A DNA stretch of 63,404 nucleotides, counting the filler, from Sluysia triapertura (taxonomy: Eukaryota), in assembly GCA_046118255.1 (NCBI GenBank). It is 5 parts of 5 records of this genome, joined end to end, with 100 filler letters (N's around TTAATTAATTAA, not from the genome) between each part and the next. Parts side by side here need not be neighbours in the genome. Positions count along the whole stretch, not along the records: positions 39,170 to 52,201 come from JBJNIA010064524.1; positions 52,302 to 63,404 come from JBJNIA010188809.1; 3 more parts are not named here. One strand, written 5' to 3'. The stretch's first letter is position 1. Each line of letters opens with the position of its first letter. Below the pieces are notes generated by a model. That model was not told the origin of the DNA. It was given only the letters and a program-made list of their open reading frames with translations, and ran no database searches. This document shows, in pieces, positions 41,910 through 55,009 of the stretch. The translations under genes were made by a program, and so were the position numbers.

Positions 41910-42529
41910 TTTTATACAAATCTATCGTAAGCAGTTGTTTATCGATTTTCTGATAAAGCATTCACACATAATGCTTTTTATTTTAGTATTATAAATTTAG
42001 TATGTTTCTAATCGTGGGTTAATTATTTCTCCGGAAATTTTACATTTAAAATCACTCGCTAAAGAAATAAATGTATCAAATCTTTAAATTAATTTAAATT
42101 AATTACTGTCTTATGAATTTAAATAAATTCCTCTGGTATTAAGGTTCTTTTGAAACATATATATAATTGAAATTAATATGTACATTGATATCGAAAGATC
42201 CATTCGAGTAGTGATCCGATATAAATAGTTGATTCAATCGCAAATACTAAATACATTCGTGATCGTTCTAAAACTCAGATATTACTTGGTCTATAGGCAA
42301 TTACAAATAATTGTCAATATACGCAAGAATAATGAATTTAACTTTTTATTTTTTAAATTCACATTAATGTAAATTTTATTTATATTATGATATCTAAAAT
42401 CTTTTACAAATTCATTTGAAGTGTTACGTTTGAAATCATTATGACATTTTAGGATTAGAAAGTTATGAAAAACGATTAAAAAGAGATTAACACACGTAAT
42501 GTTATTATTCTTTAATATAACTCAAAGTT

Positions 42530-43800
42530 TTAATTTAAAACTTTTCTTCTATGCACATCAAGTAGCCTCGTCAATAATGGAACGTCGAAAATAAAATAAG
42601 AAAATAAACTATAGATCGAATGAATAAAAAAATTAATTACATTATAAAACAGGATCTCGTTATGTCGCGTTGGGCTTACTTCTGTTAATTTCTTTTGGAT
42701 CAAGTGACGTTCGGTTAGGTTATGTACATCATCTGGGTTGCACAATTATCACTATAATTGAGCACTATCGTCGCCAACACAATTATCACCATTATGAAGA
42801 TACTGTAAGGCTTGTAAAATCAACGGTATCGTATCTTGATCTTGATGGGATATACAATACATACATTTAATTTTATTTAGTTTATCTCTACAATTATTTT
42901 TGAATAAACTAATTTCTGATTGGATAAAAGCAGCTGTTGTATCATGCTTGGATAATTTTTGTATTACTTTTGCACAAATGTTATGTAATCCACCAGTTGT
43001 AATACCACCACCACCACCACTACTACTACTAATGCAACCATTTATAAAACAATCACCAATAGCATCACCATAATCAGCAATTTTATTCAATTTATCTTTT
43101 TTTGACATTTTATAAACACTATTTTTCTTGTAAAGCAGAGAATTTTGTAAATCTAATACATTTAGATCATCTTTGAAAAATCGATACTTTGATAATGTTT
43201 AATTAATTTTTTGACTTTTACTGAAATAGTTGGGTTGACTAGTACATCTTCGGAATTTCAAATAATCATCAGATTTGTCCGCTACATTTGTCAAATGGTT
43301 ACCATATTCTGTAGAAATAATTGGTGTACTTTTAGTCAATTCAGTACAATGAGTAATTAAATTACATGATGGTTTTAATTTTCCCGAACCTTTTTTTAAT
43401 TTGAATTTTTAATTGTTGTTGCCACTACTAGGAGCTCCCTTTACTAATCGCGTTAATTTACTTTTTAATTTACTTTTTTTAATTCGTGGTACTGAAATCA
43501 ATGCTGAATTAGTTTCCATAGTATTAGAACTAGATGACGATGTGGATATGGTTGTAGCTCTATGGTATAAACCATTTGTGGCGTTTGTAGAATTGAAATC
43601 TAAAGTTGGTAAATGAAGAATCGACAGTGATCGAAGTCGATTATGTAATGACATGGATGCTGCTTGATCAGTTGTATTCATTGTGTTAATATTAGTCTTT
43701 ATGTATGACAAACGTATGACCACTTCCACTTGGATAATTGTGCTGAAATTCTGAAATGTAAGGATTATTTGTACTCATCATAGATTTTTTTGATGGTTTA
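42530..43800 (-). pseudogene. Frameshifted orphan gene inward of arm 44638
   Basis: Chain of ORFs 43409-43729, 42752-43108 and 42530-42745; Ser/Gly-rich. Confidence 0.5.
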
Positions 43801-43849
43801 AAATACAAAATAATTTAGACAGTAGAAAAATCATGTAGTTTTTCATACA

Positions 43850-44638
43850 TTTTGTTTGGCGTTAGATATACTTTTTAATCTTAAAAACTTTAATTTTTAA
43901 TAATAATAAAATTTTGTGTACAGCATTAACCTGATTAGGCGTCCAATCAGGAAACGTAAAAATTAATGATCAGTATAACACTGATTGGACGACAAATATT
44001 AAAGATTATATACAGAATGATTAAAAGAGGAGCCACCATCAATGTTGAGATGAATTTATATACAGTAATCAAGAATTTCAGAATTACATAAAATTAATGA
44101 AGGTTAATATTAATAATATTAACAATAATGTTGTTATTATTACCAATATTAATTAAAAATAAAATATTTAAAGTGCTTAAATTCTTTGTAAAGATCTATA
44201 CATGAGCTTTCTTTAATAATCTTTAATTTCTTAACACATTGAAAATTAGAGACAAAGAAAGAATGTGATATTTTATGATTACCTACAACTCTTTATTGTT
44301 AAAATAGCATTACCAGTTTAAATGTTATCGAAATGTATTTGATTAGGGCCTAAATACCTTGAAATATTATTGTAGTGTTGTTCTGTAACGAGAGGTACCT
44401 TACTTTGAATACTTTTTAATGTAGTTTTATAATTTAAAGTGTTATTATAGTTTATATGTTCTGGAACTGCGGATGTAATTGACTTTAATAGATGAATTGT
44501 TTTGATGAACGTAATAAATGTGATATTGCTAAAATGTTAAAGAGTATGATTTTATGTAGAATGTGTTGATTTGATAAATTTTGTAATGTTATATAAAAAG
44601 AAGGTGAATTTTTTAAAATTGAAAGGTTGACCACCACA
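43850..44638 (-). mobile_element. Family A arm
   Basis: Ends GGTTGACCACCACA; G/T-rich on the + strand; CTGATTAGGCGTCCAATCAG at ~43931; purine block homologous to 17870-17940. Confidence 0.75.
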
Positions 44639-47099
44639 CTAAATCTTTGCTTCGGTAGGGATTTTATAGTTGAAACTATAAAAATTAAAATGGTAAAAAC
44701 AAAATAGTAAAAATTAATAGTAAAAACAAAATAAATTCTTTAACAATTTATATTAATCACTTAATAAGGTACAATTGAGATTATATATATAAAATGAAAT
44801 AAGTAGATTACGTAGAATTAATTTTAATTCTCGAAATAATGATTCATCAATGATTTTACGTGAAATCTATTATAAGATTTCGGAAATGATGATAGAAAGT
44901 TAATTTACGTTTATTTTTCGAGGATATAATAAACTAACATAATAAACTACCGCATTTTTTTGTTTAAGGAGAAATTCAGTAAAAATTTAATTTTCTTAGT
45001 AGGAATTTTCTTTAGTCTTCAGAAGTTTGGCTCCTGTTTTGCTTCGACAAAAAGTATTTATAAGAATTGGTCAACAAAATTTGTTTTAACAGAAAAATTG
45101 CGTTTTGTTAAATTTTAAAACAAAATATTTATTTTATTTATTAAAACAAAAATGACTTAAAAATATTTAAATGTAAGAATTGTGTAGAATAAAAGGAAAA
45201 ACTTATTGTGAGTTCACCGGCGTACTGGACTTACCTGTTAGGGCCAGACGTTGGATTTTTGGAATAAAGATTGGATTTTAACGTAAAATGAATGGAAGTT
45301 ATATAAATTTTATGTTAATTGCCTAGCTATCAAAGAAAACACCGAATAATTAGTATTTTAATGAGGTTCTAAACCGAACCATAGATTTTAACTATAATGA
45401 ATTTGATCAGGTTCTGAAACTGAACCTTTTGAATTAATTCTTTTAAAGTTGATGAACCTGTAGAATTTACTAAAAGACTAAATAAAATTAAAATCAAAAT
45501 AATTTTTATTAGATAAAAAAATATATACAATTATAATAATAAATAAAAATGGTTGACAGGGATTAATTTAAAATTAATTAATCCTAACTTTATATTTTAA
45601 TAATATAATAAATCGCGTGAGAAGTTGACGTTGATTCAAAGAATACGGATAATGTCAAAAATTAGCAACCGAGTTTTAAAACGCAGATTGAAAAACGATA
45701 ACGTTTAACTGATGTTTTTATTTGCGTCTGTAGGCTTTCAATTTTATTAATTATATAGCAAAGAAATGACCTTGATGTTACAATAATTTAAACAATAGAA
45801 ATTTAATAATAAATATTATATTCCCTTGACTAATTGTTCATTTTATATTAAATTAAATATTAAAAATTAATTAAATATTAAAAATATTCAAAAATACTCA
45901 CTTATTTGTTTCTACAAATTTATCCATATAATTAAAACATTTATTTGAACATAAATTAAATACAGATTAAATATTTAGCCTGAATAAACTTTAGAGTTTA
46001 TTATAAATTTTTATAAACTTTAGCCTGACATAAATATAAATTTAATTATAATATTAAAGTTTTAATTAATAAAATTACTTACATTAGTTTAAACCCAAAA
46101 TTAATTTTTAAATCCAAAATTATTAGACCAAAATTAAAATTATAAATCAATAAAAATTATATAATACAAAATTTAATCAATAACAATAATACGAAATGTT
46201 CAATAAAATATTTGGTAATGTTGATTTTAATTGAATGTTTATGTTTAGGTTTTGATCTTGTTTTAAGAAATTTTCTAAGTTTAGAAAAGGATTATTCTTT
46301 AATTTATTCAATAGGTAGTTTAAATTATCTTTGACAAATAATTCACAATTTGAAATGACTTTATAAAATACGTTAAACAAGATATAAAATAATTTAACTA
46401 CAAAATATTTATTATAAAATTGACGATTTATACTTAGTATTTAGACATTTACTTCTGCATAAATCCATTAGAGTACAATCTGTTTCGTTATCTAAAAAAA
46501 TTTAGAAAAATGATAATTATTATTTAAAATTACATTAAATATTACTTTATTGGATTTTACATTAAGATCATTGATTGAGACTTGTCGAAACATGGTGTTT
46601 ATACTTTTATAAAGTTCAATGATTTTGCTGTCACTCATAGTATGTACATATTTACATCTATTGCCATACTTTAAGAAAACTCCTGATTCGTTTAAAGAAA
46701 AAGGACTTAAGGCGATGTCACTGTATTGAAGAGAAAAGATATCAATTTTGTAATTTTTTTGTGAAGAATTAATTTACATTTATTGTCAGTGACATCGAAT
46801 GGTTTGATCATTTTAAAATCTTTATTCTTTGTATTTAAAAAAATTGATCAGAGTACTTGTCTTTGTTATGATCTAGGATCGAACTATTAAACACTTTATA
46901 ATGTTTAAATAAGTTGTTAAAATAAATATTTTTATAAAACTTTAAATAATAAATAAACGGTAGCCTAACTAAAGTTTTATCATGATCTTGTTTATGTACT
47001 AAGTAACTCACCGATAGTTTCGTTACGTCTTTATGATCGGCTTGATAGTGTACGTTGCGGCTCGTAGGTAGTTTGACCAAACCTTTTTCTTCTTATCGT

Positions 47100-48218
47100 T
47101 CATATGTTAAGTAATACGTCGATAGTTGAATTACTTTTTTATGAACGGTTTGATAATGCAAATAACGATTCGTAAATAGTTCGCTCGACTCATTATCATC
47201 GTCTTGGTTATGCAGATTATGATAATCAAGTACTAAGCTGTTGATTATTCGCAATTTATTAAAATGATTGGAGATTAAAATTAAAAATGTGGATAATAAT
47301 AATAAATGTTATTATTATTATTAATAGAGACCTTAACATAAACTTACTTTTATAATCTTATATAATTCTTAATATATAAGTTATAAAAGCAATTGAATCT
47401 TACATACTTATGGATTTGGAGTGTTGACGCTTTTTCATATACATGTTAAATGCTGTTCTAAGGTGGTTTTTAAATATATGCTTGGTGTTTTGAGGTATGA
47501 TTGTGGTTATGATCCTGCATGATAATGTGTCGAAAGTTTACAATGAATTTTTAGATACTAACGAGCGTTTTTAACTAAAGATGAGTATTGAAAGTTATAA
47601 TTTAATTGTTTTGAAATAACATGAATGCTTAGAATGAATGATAAATATACATTGGAGTTTTGAATAAGATTAATGTTTAGTTGTTAGGATTGTGACTGAA
47701 AACTGTGTTGAAAAGAGTGTAGTTTAGTGTATTAAAAGGAGATAAGTTATAATCTAGCTTTTAATATGTTCTAAGGCGATCATAGAATGTTAAAAATATG
47801 ATTTATTTTCTTGATATATTTGAGTAATATTGTCTCCTATGCTGTTTGGGATTAAATGACCATGGATCATGAATTTAGAATGTTTAGGTTGCTTTGAAGT
47901 GATGAATAAAATATTTTGATAAATTTTTTAATATAAACTGATGGTTTTGAATGTCATTGTGATTTGTTTGTTATGAGATTGTGGATATGAATTAATTTTA
48001 ACGGGTGAAAATTTTTAGTGGATATAAAGGAGATAAATATGGGTATGTTAAAATGTTAGAGAATGTGGTTTTATATAGAATATGTTGGTTTAATTTGGTA
48101 TTGTTTTATGTTGGTTATTAGACTTAAATTGTAGCTTTTGAGGGTGTACGTGATTTAGTTACATTAAAGAGAACAGATTTTGATAAAATTTATTAATAGT
48201 TAAAGGTTGGCCATCACA
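47100..48218 (-). mobile_element. Family A arm
   Basis: Ends GGTTGGCCATCACA; reverse complement contains TATGAAAAAGCGTCA.CAC..AAATCCATAAG, shared with 17806-17838. Confidence 0.75.
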
Positions 48219-48772
48219 AAATAATCACATACACCAATTTTGATTCAGTAAATTTTTAATATGTTTGTGAATCAATAAAATTATATAATACAAAATTTAA
48301 TCAATAACAATCATACGAAATGTTCAATAAAATAATCGCATAAACAATTTATTACATACACCAATTTTGAATAAAGTATTAATATGTTTGTACTTTGTAC
48401 CAATAAAATTTAACAATTATCAATTTTCCAACGTAAATACAAATTGGATGAATAACAATAGATCCAGTTTCAAAATAGAAATAATTATCGTAATAATAAT
48501 GTTGCGTCTTTGAAATCAACGGTAACAATAAACCAATACTAATTTAATTTACTTAAATAAAATCTCAAATGATTTCAATATTCACTAAATCTAGTATATT
48601 TATTCAACCCAAAAAGTACGTTCTTAATTTAAATTAATAAAAATAAGTCAATAATATAATAATTACAAAATCAGATACAAGTCCTTATTGTAATTCTTTG
48701 CTTGAACAATAATGAAAAATAACTAAATTTCAAAGTTAACAATAAGATTTTTGGCAATATTAAGACCACAAC

Positions 48773-49063
48773 TGTAGGGAACCACGAACCACACCTCTTC
48801 ATATCAAAATTACAAACACATTTCATCACACATGAACATTTCTTACATAAATAAAACGATTACTTGAGTCATTTAAAAACACGTGTATATAGTATTGTTA
48901 TCATAACTTTTATCATAATAACCTCATATAATCGTAACTCCATCGACATTATTACATTAAACTAAGTAGTAATTCAATTTAAATTTCATTTTTTATTGTC
49001 ATTATTATAACTTTTCTTATTGTCAATTATTCTACCTTACCTTTTCTCATTATTCTTTTCTGT
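48773..49063 (+). mobile_element. Family B arm
   Basis: TGTAGGGAACC start, C/A-rich, alignable to the reverse complement of 54700-55009. Confidence 0.65.
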
Positions 49064-50827
49064 ATGCGTATTTATTCTTTTTATATTTTATTACAGTTTT
49101 ATTGTCTTCTCATGCTAGTTACAGATATTTGTATTAGATGCGTTAAAGAACAAAGTCCAAAAACTATGCGATTTGATAGACTTATGAAAAAATCGATTAT
49201 GATTAATGACAACTGTAACAAACGGAAGATAGCAAATAAAATTGATAATTCATTTACATATAAATTAAACAGAAGACAAGATATTATGCATTATTTTCGA
49301 AACCGTCTTTTGGATGATATTCAAACATTTGATTTAAATGACCAAAGCCTAGTTATAGAGTGCTGTAATTATTTATCTTTTATGATATGATCATAGGAGT
49401 AGTTGAGTAATATAAAATAATATTATTTTTAAAAGACGCAATAACTACTTTGGATAGTGAAGTTCAAAATTTAAAGGCCCATTGTAAAACTTTGATTTAT
49501 GATAATAGAACATTAAAAGATAAATTAAAAGAATTAGAAAAAATTTTGGAAAGCAAAAAAGCTGGTTTAATAGCATTAGATGAAAATATTTTATATTATA
49601 CTTTTATGATTGATTTATTTAAATTAGATGGTCAAAAGCAAATATCTGATGTCGAATTTGGAATTTTGAATCAATGTATTTATGAAAAATTTTGGTTAAA
49701 AACACTTCTATTATTCCTTTCTTGAATCACTTTATCAATCTGATGTCAATTGACTTTATAAATGAAATAATTGATTTTACAAATAAAGTTTTGCTGAAAC
49801 TGTCATCAGAATTGGACAATAAAGATATTAATTATCAAAGAACAATTTTTTTAATGTTAGTTTCAAAAACTTGTTTAGATCACAATTTATATAAAGATGC
49901 AATATATTTTGTAACGAAGCTCTCAACTATACTAGAAAGATTATTTGTGATGAAGCAAAATGTTTATTGAGTTTAGGTTTAATACATTTGAAATCAAATA
50001 ATACCGATCATTCACTTGATGCATTTAACGAAGCAATGGAATTATTAAATAGAAATTGTTCAAATGAAATTTATCAAAAACTCATTTTAGCTGAACACTA
50101 TTTTCAATTAGGTCATCTTTTATCAAATACTTCTTTGAAGGAAAACAGTGTAAAGTATTTTGAAATTGGAGTTACAGTTTGTACTCATGCTACACAAGAT
50201 GAAGAAAAATTAACCAATGCACTGATAGAATTGGCTATGTTATGTAATGAAAATGATTTTATTAATGATGCAGTATTTGTTTGCGAAAAATTAATGAAAT
50301 TCTTTCATTTTAAATTATATAATAAAGAAACAGAAAGCTATAAATTGAAAACACTTTATCATATAGCTTTGAGTGCAGAACAAAATGTGGGAAATTCAAA
50401 TAAATTGCTAAATATCGAAGTACCAAGTGTCGTTGAATTACCTAAATCACTTGAAAAAACTATTATTGAATTAATTATTATATTTTGTAAAAGTGAATTT
50501 TTTATTGCAGCTGAAGTTTTATGTAAGTGGCTTAAAAAAGCGAAAGATGAAAATGAGGTTAAGAAATTATCAAATACAAATATCACTATTCGTCTTTCTA
50601 ATCCTAGTGCTAATTTGAAAAACAAAATCGATCAAACAAAACCAGAAATATTAACAGACAAAATGATTTTGTTTAAACCATTAACTAAAAAGCATTCAAA
50701 GAATATTAAGCAATTACCAATAAAATTTACGAGTTTGTTTAAATCTAATAAATATTTAAATATATCATCACATAGTGATAAATATATTTATTTTAAGAAA
50801 CTGTATAAAAATGTTAAAATAAAATAA
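49064..50827 (+). pseudogene. Highly divergent kinesin light chain-like gene (coiled coil + TPR-like), two apparent frameshifts
   Basis: LDSEVQNLKAHCKTLIYDNRTLKDKL...LIALDENILYYTFMIDLFKLD matches the KLC heptad ([26 protein letters not shown]...LEEEKKHLEFMNQLKKYD); intron 49365-49435 restores the frame; downstream helical TPR-like ORFs. Confidence 0.65.
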
Positions 50828-51815
50828 AATTGTAAATATTTTATTGATAAATAACAACAGTATATTTTTGAATAAATAAATCTGATTGTTGTTATTTGTT
50901 TATATAATTCTTTAATATATTATTCTTAATATATGATTCTGTTTTTATAACTGTCAATTTATCTCTACCTCCTTTTATTAATTATATATGCTTAAGTAAA
51001 TAAAGTAATAATAATATTTTATAATGTGATACCCATTTTTAAATATAGAGTACAAAAATACATAAAAACAAAATAAGTCTGCACTTTAAAAATGCCAAAA
51101 AGTCTTATGATAAAATAAAGTTAATTAAAAAGTTTGCAGAAAAACATTTCATAAGTATTAAAAAGCCTATAGAAAAGCCTTTAAATAACAAGATAAAAAT
51201 AAGAAACATGTAACAAAAATCAAAAAGGTGGCTATGAATTGATTGCACTTAATTAGGACACAAAAACATCAGTTTAAACGCAAATGCTAATTAAACATGA
51301 ATAAATTCGTTAAAAATGAATGAAGTCGATTTCTAGCTTACATCTATATACTAAATGTATGGAACGATATTTTGCTGTCATAAAATACAGAAATTATTAC
51401 AATAGTTGGTTATTCATTTCTGCTGTGTTTCTTGAAAGTATTTCTTTAGTAATCTGACTAAACTTTATTACTGACTGACTTATTTGTGGTTATGTTGGGA
51501 TTGTCTAACTGTGATTAGGAGACGGGTAAGAGACATAGAATTACGAAATGAAGGAAGACTTGATACGAAGTGATAGATTGAACATTATAAACGTTCAGAA
51601 TAAGAATCATGTAAGTAAAAGCATTTATAATAAGGTTAGTAGCTGAAGAATACCTTAGAGTTTCAAAGACATGTGTAAGGTGTGGAAGCTTGAAATGGAC
51701 TTTAAAATCCTTTGAAGGTATTAGAGTACCTTTGAGCTGTGAACATTGAGATCATTTGAGACATTATTAACCTTTAGGTATTCTTTAGCTATTTAGGGTT
51801 CTTCGAATAACCTTA

Positions 51816-51970
51816 TGTTAGACTTCATAAAATGGACTGACCGGGGATCGAACCCGGGACCTCTCGCTGCGTAGTTCGATGCTCTACCGCTGAGCTCTCA
51901 GCCCCATCTAACAATTTTAGATTATTATAGTTCATTATACCAAATGGCACTTTAGGCCTGCATCCCAACA
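51816..51970 (-). mobile_element. tRNA-carrying short element, copy 4 (complete, 155 bp)
   Basis: TGTTAGAC...ATCCCAACA flanked by a CTTA 4-bp TSD. Confidence 0.9.
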
Positions 51971-52201
51971 CTTATAGAGTATTTAAAATCTTTAAAATAG
52001 TTGCGAAATAAAATTGTTGTTATTGGTATTAAGAATAAGTTTAGTATAGTAATAATTAACATGAAGAAGTATAAAAAGGAATCAGAGATGTGAAGGTGAA
52101 AACATTTAGAGCCTTCTGAATGCATTATAAATTACTAAATAGCTTTAGAACCTCAATAAAACCTTTAAACATAGAATAAGATTCAGTCTAAAAATAGATT
52201 A

Positions 52202-52301
52202 NNNNNNNNNNNNNNNNNNNNNNNNNNNNNNNNNNNNNNNNNNNNTTAATTAATTAANNNNNNNNNNNNNNNNNNNNNNNNNNNNNNNNNNNNNNNNNNN
52301 N
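52202..52301. other. Artificial contig linker
   Basis: N44-TTAATTAATTAA-N44. Confidence 0.98.
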
Positions 52302-53418
52302 AAAGTAAAATTAATTTAATATAAAATTCCAAAACTGAGTAATAATAAAATTAATGTAAAACCAAAATAAATATATATGTTAAAATTTAAATAAGTTTCA
52401 ATTATGTCAAAGTCGACGATCAATAAATATATCAATAATTATTGTTGTAATTATAGTGTGCGTTGATGTTGCGTTGTGCATTGACATTTCTAATAATTTT
52501 TGGTGGATAGTGTCAAGCAAAAGAAAATACTGAATATATTAGTTCGTTTTAGATGCTTGCCTAATGCCACTTATTGCTTAGATTTACAAATATTATTATT
52601 ACTTTTGTTTATTTCACTTTTAATTTTTAATTAAATTTTAGTTACTTAAAATAATCAGTAATTAAATTAGTATTTAATCATTATTTAATTAAAAATATAA
52701 AAAATACTACTAGGGCTGTCACCGTATCTCATGAAATTATAAAAGAAAAATATAAATAAATAATAATAAAGTAGTTAAAGATAAAAAATATTAATAGTTA
52801 AAACTTATATAAAATTATTTACGGAATAACCAGTGGAAATCATTATTTAAACGATTTGTTCAAATCCAATTACCTAATAAAACTGTCAAAAACGTTGGTC
52901 AATGACAATGCTACCAGATAGTCTAATCTCTCATTCTATATTAACAATAATGTATACTAATTTTATGTTTTTAATTCTTATATTGTTGTTTAATAAAAAC
53001 CCGTTATTTTTCGTTGTTTATCTGTCTTTAAAGTTAATTCTTGTTTTCAAAGGCATTGAGCCTTTTTGTTTCATAATTTAATGTTTAAAAGTTTAATTTG
53101 TATTAATAATATAAAATTTAAGTTATATGCAAAAATAAATTAAATTTCTAATAGTTTGAAGTCCTCCAAAATAACATATATAAATTTAATTTTAGATTGT
53201 AAAACGAATCAAAATAACTAATTTTTAAGTTATCTGTGTCGACGTGATTCGTAACACTTCATCACTAAGAATACTAGTAAAATTCTATTGTTGTTTTGTC
53301 ATGAGCACACATTTTTCAACAAATTATCAAATTACACTATGGAGGGCGATAAACAATTTAATTTATTTGAGTGATCATTATTTTTGTAATTTTTTATTAA
53401 AAAAGTTTAAAACACCAA

Positions 53419-54078
53419 TTAAATAAAACAATTTAACTTTAATTTAATAACTTTTAACAAAATAGGCTTAAGGCCTGTCAAAATTAACAAATAGAAAACA
53501 GTAACAAAGTTTGATATTTTATTAGAAATGAAACATAACAAGTGCAGAACGGATATAAACGTACTGAATAATAAAACAGCTCTATCCGTAAATGAACATG
53601 ATCGTTTTGGATTAGTAAAACTAGTCGTATAACACCAAAATTGTTGCTGAACGCTATAATGTTTGTAATCAAATGATGAAACATCGCATTTATTTTTCGG
53701 TGGAATTTCTACACCAAAGACACGACAAAAATTTTTCGACCAAATTAAATCACTTTGAGAAACATCTATATCATCTCTAGTTAACAATTTCTTCGCGTTA
53801 ATCCAATCCATACATTTTGTAATAATTGTTAAACACTTTCGATAATAATCAATGGTAGTTGTTAAATGAAACTGATTTTCTTTCATATAAATTTTAATTT
53901 CTTTAGATACTACTTCAATATCTGATAATAATTTCATATTAGCTTTAATTTTACTAAAATTCCAATTAGCTATATATATTAGTTCATCATATGATGGTTT
54001 TAATTTCAAATAATAACGCGATAAGTAATAAATCCAGATTTTTTCATTACTTGATACTTCTACATTAACTGTTGCCAT
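53419..54078 (-). CDS. Orphan protein (219-aa ORF, hydrophobic C-terminus); likely last exon of the family B arm cargo
   Basis: Long ORF inward of arm 55009; coding-like disrupted sequence upstream to ~54560. Confidence 0.5.
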   Translation of the reverse strand: MATVNVEVSSNEKIWIYYLSRYYLKLKPSYDELIYIANWNFSKIKANMKLLSDIEVVSKEIKIYMKENQFHLTTTIDYYRKCLTIITKCMDWINAKKLLTRDDIDVSQSDLIWSKNFCRVFGVEIPPKNKCDVSSFDYKHYSVQQQFWCYTTSFTNPKRSCSFTDRAVLLFSTFISVLHLLCFISNKISNFVTVFYLLILTGLKPILLKVIKLKLNCFI

Positions 54079-54559
54079 TAATGTTTAATATTGATTTTTT
54101 TATTATCAAATTTTTATTAATTATTATAATTTTTTTATTATTTCTTTACATAATTTCGACAAGAAATTATGGGATAACAAAGGAGGACAGGCAAAGTACT
54201 GATATAATAGTCTGTACATACTTGATTTGTAGTAAATTGTGTTATGACATTCTACATGAATAGTATTTCTGTAGATTGTGATGTTAATTGTTTTGTCGTG
54301 TTGAAACTGAGACTGCTCAATACCTCATTCTTCGATTCCGATATCGACTCATTTTTAACATCATTATCAGGAAGTATATGTTTTAAACTTCATTGTAGAT
54401 GGTAAATTGAATAGATTATTTGACTATAAGCTATTAGAAACATAATCTTTCAAATCTTCTTTCTCAGTAACCAATAACGTAATATTATCCATAGAAAGTA
54501 TCGGCATATATCTTTTGCGACCATAATATTCGAATAATTGACTTTCCAGTTGAAACGTT

Positions 54560-55009
54560 GGAGTTATTAAAAGAACAAATTTTATAACAGATATTAAATG
54601 TAAACTTTATAGATTAACACATGGATGAATATGTAAGAAAAGTGGAAAAAACGAAAGAATAAAAAGACAGGTTAATAACAAGAATTAAAAAATAATAATA
54701 ACAATAACGTAGTTATTATGTTTATTAATACTGGCATTGTTGGTGTTGATATGAAATTTTATTATGAGATTTATTATAAAAGTTATTATCCGATAATCAT
54801 ATATTACTACAATAATGACAATAATTATTATACATGTATATTGTTTAATACGATTTGAATTGTAATAATAATAACTGTAGTTCATGATAATTATGTGCAA
54901 TGATTATGTTTGTTTTTCGAATGAGGTTAGTAATTTGTTTAATAATCTGTGTACATGTGAAATGTTTTAATGTGATGAAGTGTGATGAATTTTGTGCGAT
55001 TTCCCTACA
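54560..55009 (-). mobile_element. Family B arm
   Basis: Ends GCGATTTCCCTACA (reverse complement TGTAGGGAAATCGC); homologous to the 48773 arm. Confidence 0.65.

Noticed and set aside
35453-44638. Apparent inverted pair of family A ends enclosing 9 kb
   Set aside because: Spans an artificial linker, and the flanks (TAGA/CTAA) are not a TSD
48773-55009. Apparent inverted pair of family B ends
   Set aside because: Spans an artificial linker; flanks CAAC/GTCA differ
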